Assembly (NCBI GenBank): GCA_963784525.1
Contig: CAWART010000014.1
Coordinates: 23,884-87,883 of the forward strand
DNA length: 64,000 bases
Direction: 5' to 3'
From: Candidatus Aminicenantes bacterium
GTDB lineage: Bacteria; Acidobacteriota; Aminicenantia; Aminicenantales; Saccharicenantaceae
Shown piece after piece: positions 57,787 through 64,000 of the stretch. Position 1 is the first letter of the stretch; each line of letters begins with the position of its first letter. A model generated the notes under the pieces. The model saw nothing but the letters and a program-made list of their open reading frames with translations. It made no database searches and was not told the origin of the DNA. Both the position numbers and the translations under genes were made by a program.

Positions 57787-59625
57787 ATGTTCGGTTGGAC
57801 GGGTCACATTCTCAGGGTCAACCTGACCGATAGAACTTTCAAGAAAGAGAGCTTCAGCGAGGAATTCGCGAAAAAATGGGTCGGTGGGCGAGGATTCGCC
57901 GTAAAGATCCTTTACGACGAGCTCAAGCCCGGGATCGACCCCCTCGGCCCCGAGAATAAGCTTGTCGTGGCCCTGGGCCCCATTGCCGGGATTCCGGCTC
58001 CCAATACCGGGAAGGCGGTCGTCGCCGCCAAATCCCCCCTGACGGGCTTCTACGGCGACGGGAACCTGGGGACCCGGGTCTCGGAGCACCTCCGCAAGGC
58101 GGGCTACGACGCCCTCATCGTCGAGGGGAAGGCCGACCGCCCGACGCTCCTGGCCATCGAGGACGACAAGGTCGAGTTCCTTCCGGCCGGAGACATCTGG
58201 GGCAAGGGGACCTACGCGACGAACGATTGGATCTATGCCAAGTACGGCAAGGGCGTCGGCGTCCTGAACATCGGCCAGGCGGGCGAGAACATGGCCCGTT
58301 ACGCCGTCGTCCGCAGTCTGGAAGGCCGGGCGGGCGGACGGCCGGGCATCGGAGCGGTCATGGGCTCCAAGCTTCTCAAGGCCATCGTCGTCAAAGGGAC
58401 CAAGCCCATTCCGCAGGCCGACGCCGCCGGCATGAAGGCCCTCGGCTCGGGCGACCTCAAGAAGGTCGGCCAGATCGACAAGCAGACCGGATGGTCCATC
58501 CAGAGCACCAACGGCGTCCTCGCCTGGTGCAACGAAGTGGCCGGCCTCCCCGTGCGGAACTTCCGGAAGACCCACCACCCCGATGCCTGGAAGGTCGACG
58601 GCGAGCGCTTGAACGATTCCCGGATCGCCACCTACGGCTGTCCGAACTGTACGATGCGCTGCGGCATCACCATCCACGACCGCGAGGGCCGCGAGTCCGA
58701 GCTCGACTACGAGAACGTCGGGCTCCTCGGCCCGAACCTCGAGATCTTCGACCTCGACCAGGTCGGTTCGCTGAACTGGCTCTGCGACGAGTACGGACTG
58801 GACACGATGTCGGCCGGATGCACCCTCAGCTTCTACGCCGACGCCATCGACCACGGCGCCGTTGCCGGCGACTTCAGGTTCGGCGACGCCGAAGCGGCCA
58901 AGAAGCTCCTGGGCCTCGCCGCCCGCCGCGAGGGCGCCCTGGGGAACCTCCTCGCCGACGGCTCCCTGCGGATGGCCCGCGCCTTCGGCCACGGCTCGGA
59001 GGCCTACGCCATGCAGGTCAAGGGGCTCGACGTCGCGGCCTACAACTGCAAGTTCATCCCCGGCCAGGCCCTGGCCTTCGGCGTCGCGCCGATGGGCGCC
59101 CACCACAAGGAGGCCTGGATCATCACCTTCGAGCTCAAGAACACGACGCGCGAATCATACGGCCCCGAAAAGGCGGCCAAGGTCATCGAGCTCCAGCGGA
59201 TCCGGGGCGGCATGTTCGAGTTCATCGTCTCCTGCCGCTTCCCCTGGATCGAGCTCGGCTGGGGCCTCGACAACTACCCCAAGTACTTCAACGCCGTCAC
59301 CGGCCTCGACTGGAACCTGGACGACATGTGGCGGACCGCTGACCGCCTTTACGCCATGATCAAGCTCCACTACCTCCGGGAGTTCCCGAACGCGACGCGC
59401 GAAGGCGACTATCCCCCCGGAGTCTGGTTCGACCCCGCCAACGCCGACACCGAGGGGCCCATCGCCGGCAAGGTCCTGGAGCGCGACAAGTACGACGGCC
59501 TCCTCCAGCATTATTACGACCAGCGCGGCTACGACCGCCGGGGGATCCCGACGAAGGCGACCCTCGAACGGCTCGGCCTCTCCCGCGAGGCGGCCGAGGC
59601 TGAAAAATACGGGAAGCTCGAATGA
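57787..59625 (+). CDS. Aldehyde:ferredoxin oxidoreductase-family (tungsto/molybdopterin) enzyme
   Basis: ATG 57787 after ggagga. MFGWTGHILRVNLT...GGRGFAVKILYDE...GPENKLVVALGPIAG...AKSPLTG is the AOR N-terminal domain. CPNCTMRCG cluster region. Confidence 0.9.
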   Translation: MFGWTGHILRVNLTDRTFKKESFSEEFAKKWVGGRGFAVKILYDELKPGIDPLGPENKLVVALGPIAGIPAPNTGKAVVAAKSPLTGFYGDGNLGTRVSEHLRKAGYDALIVEGKADRPTLLAIEDDKVEFLPAGDIWGKGTYATNDWIYAKYGKGVGVLNIGQAGENMARYAVVRSLEGRAGGRPGIGAVMGSKLLKAIVVKGTKPIPQADAAGMKALGSGDLKKVGQIDKQTGWSIQSTNGVLAWCNEVAGLPVRNFRKTHHPDAWKVDGERLNDSRIATYGCPNCTMRCGITIHDREGRESELDYENVGLLGPNLEIFDLDQVGSLNWLCDEYGLDTMSAGCTLSFYADAIDHGAVAGDFRFGDAEAAKKLLGLAARREGALGNLLADGSLRMARAFGHGSEAYAMQVKGLDVAAYNCKFIPGQALAFGVAPMGAHHKEAWIITFELKNTTRESYGPEKAAKVIELQRIRGGMFEFIVSCRFPWIELGWGLDNYPKYFNAVTGLDWNLDDMWRTADRLYAMIKLHYLREFPNATREGDYPPGVWFDPANADTEGPIAGKVLERDKYDGLLQHYYDQRGYDRRGIPTKATLERLGLSREAAEAEKYGKLE

Positions 59626-59849
59626 AGGTGACGGTCAAGCTGATCGGGCCGCTCATCTACGCGGCCGGGTTCAGCGAGAAGGAGATGGAGGTGCCGGATG
59701 CCGTCACCTCCGGGAAGCTTCTCGAGCTCGTCGGGATCGCCCCGGACCGCCCCCGGATCGTCACCCGGAACGGCAAGGCCGTGGGTCCGGCGGAAGCGTT
59801 CGCCGAGGGCGACCGGATCGTCATTTCGCCCCTCTATTCCGGAGGATGA
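59622..59849 (+). CDS. MoaD/ThiS-family ubiquitin-like sulfur-carrier protein
   Basis: 75 aa ending in GG followed by the stop. ATGA overlap with the AOR gene. Confidence 0.8.
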   Translation: MKVTVKLIGPLIYAAGFSEKEMEVPDAVTSGKLLELVGIAPDRPRIVTRNGKAVGPAEAFAEGDRIVISPLYSGG

Positions 59850-59883
59850 GTCCTTTCCCCGGGATCGCGACGGAAGGCCGGGC

Positions 59884-61470
59884 ATGAGGCCGGTCCTTAT
59901 CGGCGGCGAATGGCGTCCCGCCGGGTCCGACGGCTCGTTCAGGGCCGTGGACCCGGCCACGGGAGCTCCGCTCTCCGACGAATATCCGATCTCCCGCTTC
60001 GCAGACATCGAGGCCGCTCTGGATGCGGCCGCGCATGTCGTCGACGAATGCCCCGCCCCGGAGCCGGAACGGCTCGCCGGATTCCTCGAAGGATTCGCCG
60101 CGAAGCTCGAGGAGAGGCGCGATGAGGCCGTGGCCCTGGCCCATTCCGAAACGGCACTCCCCGAAGAGCCCCGTCTCCGTTCCGTGGAGTTTCCCAGGCT
60201 GACCGACCAGCTGCGACAGGCGGCCGCCTCCTGCCGCCGGCGGGACTGGTGCCTCGCGACGATCGATACGAAACGCGAACTCCGGTCGATGTACGGGCCG
60301 CTCGGCGGGCCCGTCGTCGTCCTCGGCCCGAACAACTTTCCCTTCGCCTACAATTCCGTCGCCGGGGGGGACTTCGCCGGGGCCGTCGCCGCCGGCAATC
60401 CGGTCATCGCCAAGGCCCATCCCTGGCATCCCGGGACGACGAGGGTCCTTGCCGAAGCCGCTTCTGACGCACTCCGCGCGAGCGGCCTGCCGCCGGCCCT
60501 GGTCCAGATGTTCTACCATTGCCGGCCCGAGGACGGGCTGAAGCTCGCCGCCCATCCCTTGACGGCGGCCCTGGCGTTCACCGGAAGCCGCGCCTCGGGC
60601 CTCGCCTTGAAAGAGGCGGCCGACCGGGCGGGCAAGCCCGCTTACCTGGAGATGTCGAGCGTGAACCCGGTCCTTGTTCTTCCGGGCGCTCTAGAGGAAA
60701 GGCTCGATCGGCTCGCCGCGGATCTTTTCGGTTCATGCACGTCCGGGGCGGGCCAGTTCTGCACAAAACCCGGGCTCGTCGTCCTCATGCGCGGGGCCCG
60801 GAGCGATGAGTTCTGCGATATGGTCCAGCGGCTGTTCGGGGGGGAGCCGGGCGGTTTCCTCCTTGGCGAGGGGATCCTTCAGAGGCTGTCCGGCGCGGTC
60901 GTCGCCCTCGAGAGGGCCGGCGCCCTTCTCCTCGCCGGGGGACGCGCCCTTCCCGGACCCGGATTCCGGTTCGCGAACACGCTGTTCCGCATAACGGGAC
61001 GTCAATTCCTCGGAAACCCCGCCGCCTTCCAGACCGAGGCCTTTGGGAGCCTCGCGGTGCTCGTCGTCGCGGAGGACGCGGACGAGCTCGCGGCGATCGT
61101 CCACGCGTTCGAAGGGAACCTGACCGGGGCCATCTTCAGCGGGCCCGGCGACATGGACAAGGATATCCACGACCTGATCGAGCCCGTTCTCCGCAGAAAG
61201 GTCGGACGCCTTCTCGATGACAAGATGCCCACAGGCGTCGCCGTCTCCCCCGCCATGAATCACGGCGGCCCCTTCCCCGCCACAGGGCATCCCGGCTTCA
61301 CGGCCGTCGGCTTCCCCGCGTCGATAAGGCGCTTCGCGGCCCTGCGTTGCTACGATCATGTTCGTCCCGACCGTCTCCCCCCGGAGCTCGGGGACAAGAA
61401 TCCCACCGGCGCCATGTGGCGCTGCATCGACGGGAATTGGACGAAGGTCGATATTCCGGCCCGACGGTAA
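59884..61470 (+). CDS. NAD(P)-dependent aldehyde dehydrogenase (ketoglutarate-semialdehyde dehydrogenase-like subfamily)
   Basis: ATG 59884. LGPNNFPFAYNSVAGGDFAGAVAAGNPVIAKAHPWHPGTT, EMSSVNPV, GAGQFCTKPGLVV (catalytic Cys). Confidence 0.85.
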   Translation: MRPVLIGGEWRPAGSDGSFRAVDPATGAPLSDEYPISRFADIEAALDAAAHVVDECPAPEPERLAGFLEGFAAKLEERRDEAVALAHSETALPEEPRLRSVEFPRLTDQLRQAAASCRRRDWCLATIDTKRELRSMYGPLGGPVVVLGPNNFPFAYNSVAGGDFAGAVAAGNPVIAKAHPWHPGTTRVLAEAASDALRASGLPPALVQMFYHCRPEDGLKLAAHPLTAALAFTGSRASGLALKEAADRAGKPAYLEMSSVNPVLVLPGALEERLDRLAADLFGSCTSGAGQFCTKPGLVVLMRGARSDEFCDMVQRLFGGEPGGFLLGEGILQRLSGAVVALERAGALLLAGGRALPGPGFRFANTLFRITGRQFLGNPAAFQTEAFGSLAVLVVAEDADELAAIVHAFEGNLTGAIFSGPGDMDKDIHDLIEPVLRRKVGRLLDDKMPTGVAVSPAMNHGGPFPATGHPGFTAVGFPASIRRFAALRCYDHVRPDRLPPELGDKNPTGAMWRCIDGNWTKVDIPARR

Positions 61471-61594
61471 CCGAGGGTTTTACGATTGCCGGGCAGGCGA
61501 CAAAGATCGCCTCTGTCGCGATGAGACGGCCCATTCAGGCAAGGACGCAGGCTAAAGCCTGCGGTCAAAGGCGAATTTCCGCCCTTCCCGATGA

Positions 61595-61876
61595 TCAGCG
61601 ATAGAGGCAGAGATACGCCGAATCCTCTGTGACCTTGAGCTGGAACCTGAGGTTCGGGCCGACCGTGAAGGATTCGCCCTTGCGGAAGACCTTCCATTTG
61701 TCCGAGCCCGGGAGCTTCACGGTGAGCGCCCCGCTGACGACCGTCATGATCTCCTTGGTCGACGTCCCGAACTCATATTCCCCCGGGGCCATGACGCCGA
61801 CCGTCGCCGGTCCGTCCGCCGCGGCGAACGCGAGGGACTTCACCTTGCCGTCGAAATACTCATTGACCTTGAACAT
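61595..61876 (-). CDS. ppnP: Pyrimidine/purine nucleoside phosphorylase PpnP (YaiE/DUF1255)
   Basis: ATG 61876. [17 protein letters not shown]...[25 protein letters not shown]...YLCLY closely follows the E. coli YaiE pattern. Confidence 0.9.
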   Translation of the reverse strand: MFKVNEYFDGKVKSLAFAAADGPATVGVMAPGEYEFGTSTKEIMTVVSGALTVKLPGSDKWKVFRKGESFTVGPNLRFQLKVTEDSAYLCLYR

Positions 61877-62993
61877 GCTTCGCCTTTCTTCCGAGCTTCC
61901 TGACCAGGAGCGCCACGACCAGGTTGGCCTGGAGGCTGGCGACGATGGCGACACGCGGGGCCATCGGGCTCACGCCCTCCGGACATTGGCTTTCCTCGTC
62001 GCCGCAGACGTACAGGTCGCCCATCTTCCGGCTGTGGAGCTTTCGGTTGGCCCCGTATCCGGCCAGCCCCGAGGCCGCGACGATGGGCCTCCCCGGGCGT
62101 TTCGACAGCCAAGTATCGATGAGCAGCCGTTTGGCCTCGGCCCGGTCGAACGCCTCGACCATGATATCGGCGTCCCCGAAGATGGGAACGATATTGGCGG
62201 CCGTGATCTCGATATCATGAACGACATATTCCGAGAACGGGTTGATGGCCTCCAGGTTCTCTTTAAGGGCAGCGACCTTCCGCCGGCCGATCTGGCTCAT
62301 GAAATATTGTTGGCGATTGAGGTTGGAGGCCTCGATGGCGTCGCGGTCGGCGATGACGAGCCGGCCCACACCGGCCCGGGCGAGCGAGACCGCGATGTTC
62401 GAGCCAAGCCCCCCGGCCCCGGCGATGCCGACGGTCCCTTTGCGCAGGGCGGCCAGAACGCGCGGATCGTGCTTCCCGAAGAGCTCATCGGCGGCGGCCC
62501 CGCACGGTGGCAGGGGCGTCGCGACCAACAGGTCGGCAAGCTCCTTCGTCTGCGCCGTTCGCAAAATGGGCACATCTCCCCCGGCCGGCCCATCGGAAAT
62601 AACGGCCAGAAGCTCATCGGGCGGGACAAAGATGCGTTCGGCGCCTTCCCCGACCACGCTGATCTTCTTCAGGCCTCCGATGGCCTTCCCTCCCTCCACG
62701 ATAACGATGTCGGCATCGGCGAAAAAGCGGCGGGCGAGGTCTTCGACGTCAGGAGCGCCCTTAAGGAAGACCGCCGCCCGGGTAGGCGTGACGATACCGA
62801 CAGTCCCGGCCCCGGCCTCTGTGAACGTCCAGGTATCCTTACCTTCGGTGTCGAGGGCAACATCCTTGTGGGTGTGCTTGATGACCCCGACTTCAAGGCC
62901 CCTCGATTTGAGCTCGGGGACAAGGCGGGCGAGAAGGGTGGTCTTGCCGCTCCCGGAGGGACCGACGACGGCGACGATCTTCATCTCGGGCAA
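61860..62993 (-). CDS. Fusion protein: MobB (MGD-biosynthesis adaptor, P-loop) + ThiF/MoeB-like E1 adenylyltransferase
   Basis: N-terminal [36 protein letters not shown] (MobB). C-terminal [41 protein letters not shown] (ThiF Rossmann). An ATG at 62984 is the likelier start. Confidence 0.8.
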   Translation of the reverse strand: MPEMKIVAVVGPSGSGKTTLLARLVPELKSRGLEVGVIKHTHKDVALDTEGKDTWTFTEAGAGTVGIVTPTRAAVFLKGAPDVEDLARRFFADADIVIVEGGKAIGGLKKISVVGEGAERIFVPPDELLAVISDGPAGGDVPILRTAQTKELADLLVATPLPPCGAAADELFGKHDPRVLAALRKGTVGIAGAGGLGSNIAVSLARAGVGRLVIADRDAIEASNLNRQQYFMSQIGRRKVAALKENLEAINPFSEYVVHDIEITAANIVPIFGDADIMVEAFDRAEAKRLLIDTWLSKRPGRPIVAASGLAGYGANRKLHSRKMGDLYVCGDEESQCPEGVSPMAPRVAIVASLQANLVVALLVRKLGRKAKHVQGQ

Positions 62994-63026
62994 TTTATAA
63001 CATAGGGACCGGGGGCTGTCAAAAAT

Positions 63027-63200
63027 CCCCCCTCACCCCCCTTTTACAAAGGGGGGTATCTATTTCCCCTCACCCCCCTTTTACAAAGGGGGGAATCTTT
63101 TTCCCCCGACACCCCTTTACAAAGGGGGGAATCTATTTCCCCCAACGCCCCTTTCAAAGGGGGGTATCACATTTCCCCCTCGCCCCCCTTTGAAAAATTC
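63027..63200. repeat. Tandem array of 4.5 units (period 35-39 nt), each carrying a C6-TTT(T)ACAAA-G6 hairpin
   Basis: Hairpins at 63036-63056, 63073-63093, 63112-63129 and 63148-63164, plus a half unit at 63183-63195. The inter-hairpin segments are also similar (tatctatttcccctca / aatctttttcccccgaca / aatctatttcccccaacg). Confidence 0.85.
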
Positions 63201-63211
63201 GTAGCCGGGAC

Positions 63212-63712
63212 TCAGGGCTTGCCGCAGTCGCCGACGCGGCCCCTCAGCAGCTCGACGGCGTGGGCCAGCGCGGGAAGGATGACTTCGAAATTCTCGCGGG
63301 CGGCTTTCGGACTGCCGGGAAGATTGACGATCAGGGTCGTCTTGCGGATACCGGCGACGGCCCGGGAGAGCATGGCGGTCCCTGTCTTCTTCAGGCTTTC
63401 GGCCCTCATGGCCTCGGCCAGGCCGGGAGCGTCCTTGTCCAGCACATCGCGGGTCGCCTCAGGTGTCACGTCCCGCGGCGCGAACCCGGTCCCGCCGGTC
63501 GTCAGGATGATGTCGACGGACCCAGAATCAGCGACGGCTTCCAGCTCCGTCCGGATGATCTCCCTTTCGTCGGGAAGGACGGCTATATGGGCCACGGCGC
63601 CGCCATTCTCGCGGATGATCGACGCGAGGAGCGGGCCGCTCGCGTCTTCCCGCTCACCCCTCGAAGAACGGTCCGATATCGTCAGAACGGCGACGCGAAT
63701 GCCCTTAAGCAT
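63212..63712 (-). CDS. moaB: Molybdenum cofactor biosynthesis protein B / MogA-family
   Basis: ATG 63712. VAVLTISDRSSRGEREDASGP, IILTTGGTGFAPRDVTPEAT, NLPGSPKA. Confidence 0.9.
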   Translation of the reverse strand: MLKGIRVAVLTISDRSSRGEREDASGPLLASIIRENGGAVAHIAVLPDEREIIRTELEAVADSGSVDIILTTGGTGFAPRDVTPEATRDVLDKDAPGLAEAMRAESLKKTGTAMLSRAVAGIRKTTLIVNLPGSPKAARENFEVILPALAHAVELLRGRVGDCGKP

Positions 63713-64000
63713 GGCCCTTCTCCTTGTCGTCCGGGAACGATTCGACCTCGATGCGGTCTCCCGGCCCGACCGTTCCGCCGTCGAGGACGCGGGCGAAGAT
63801 CCCTTCCCTCGGCATGACGCAGTCCCCCGCCTGCTCGAAGATGGCACAGCGATCATGGCAGACCTTGCCGATCTGGCTGACCTCGAGACGCGCCCCGACG
63901 CCCAGGCGCAACACGGTCCCGACGGGAAGCGACACGAGCTCGATCCCGGTCGTCGTGATATTCTCGGCGAAGTCGCCGGGCCCGACGTCGAGGCCGACGT
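63705..64000 (-). CDS. MOSC-domain protein (N-terminus outside the window)
   Basis: Reading from the window edge: ...GDFAENITTTGIELVSLPVGTVLRLGVGARLEVSQIGKVCHDRCAIF. Overlaps the moaB start by 8 nt. Confidence 0.8.
   Translation of the reverse strand, partial: VGLDVGPGDFAENITTTGIELVSLPVGTVLRLGVGARLEVSQIGKVCHDRCAIFEQAGDCVMPREGIFARVLDGGTVGPGDRIEVESFPDDKEKGHA

Noticed and set aside
63051-63164. G-quadruplex from the four G6 runs
   Set aside because: The runs are about 30 nt apart and each is paired with an adjacent C6 run in a hairpin. A canonical short-loop G4 is not supported.
63027-63200. CRISPR array
   Set aside because: The sequences between the palindromic cores are homologous to each other, not unique spacers. 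The period is only about 35-39 nt. No cas genes are nearby. This is a tandem repeat.

Overview
High-GC bacterial chromosomal segment (about two-thirds G+C by spot counts, not computed), densely coding. Most of it is ordinary core genome:
- an envelope/glycan block (SMP-30-like lactonase, DUF4214-methyltransferase, two Thr-type sulfatase-like lipoproteins, radical SAM + GT2) and HU;
- an ADP-heptose/heptosyltransferase block, which implies a diderm;
- a SpoU/TrmH-type methyltransferase;
- two divergent ECF sigma/anti-sigma stress modules, one with a DegP-like protease and one with LiaF-like/DUF4097 proteins;
- uvrB-uvrC, feoAB, an S46 peptidase, alr, secA, guaB and panDCB;
- a tungsten/molybdenum-cofactor neighbourhood (AOR-family oxidoreductase, MoaD-like carrier, aldehyde dehydrogenase, MobB-ThiF fusion, moaB, MOSC).

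There are two tRNA genes (Leu-CAA, Gly-CCC).

The one clear accessory region is 11,624-20,575. It is an 8.95-kb integrative element in tRNA-Leu(CAA), bounded by a perfect 55-bp direct repeat. It carries:
- an integrase and an Xis-like HTH;
- large and small terminase;
- an iteron-containing replication-initiator-like gene;
- an HK97-type capsid gene;
- repressor/Cro-like regulators with near-consensus promoters;
- a candidate antisense sRNA;
- a ~1.5-kb low-GC cargo at the tRNA-proximal end, with two small gene pairs (membrane protein + DUF2158-like; small DUF5678-like protein + retropepsin-like aspartic protease).

I rate the protease pair the best candidate for an undescribed toxin-antitoxin or anti-phage-like system.

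Three clear single-nucleotide frame disruptions (integrase, capsid, an APC-type permease) and one possible one (a small phage ORF) indicate either gene decay or consensus indel errors. All family names come from reading motifs in the translations. No database search was possible.
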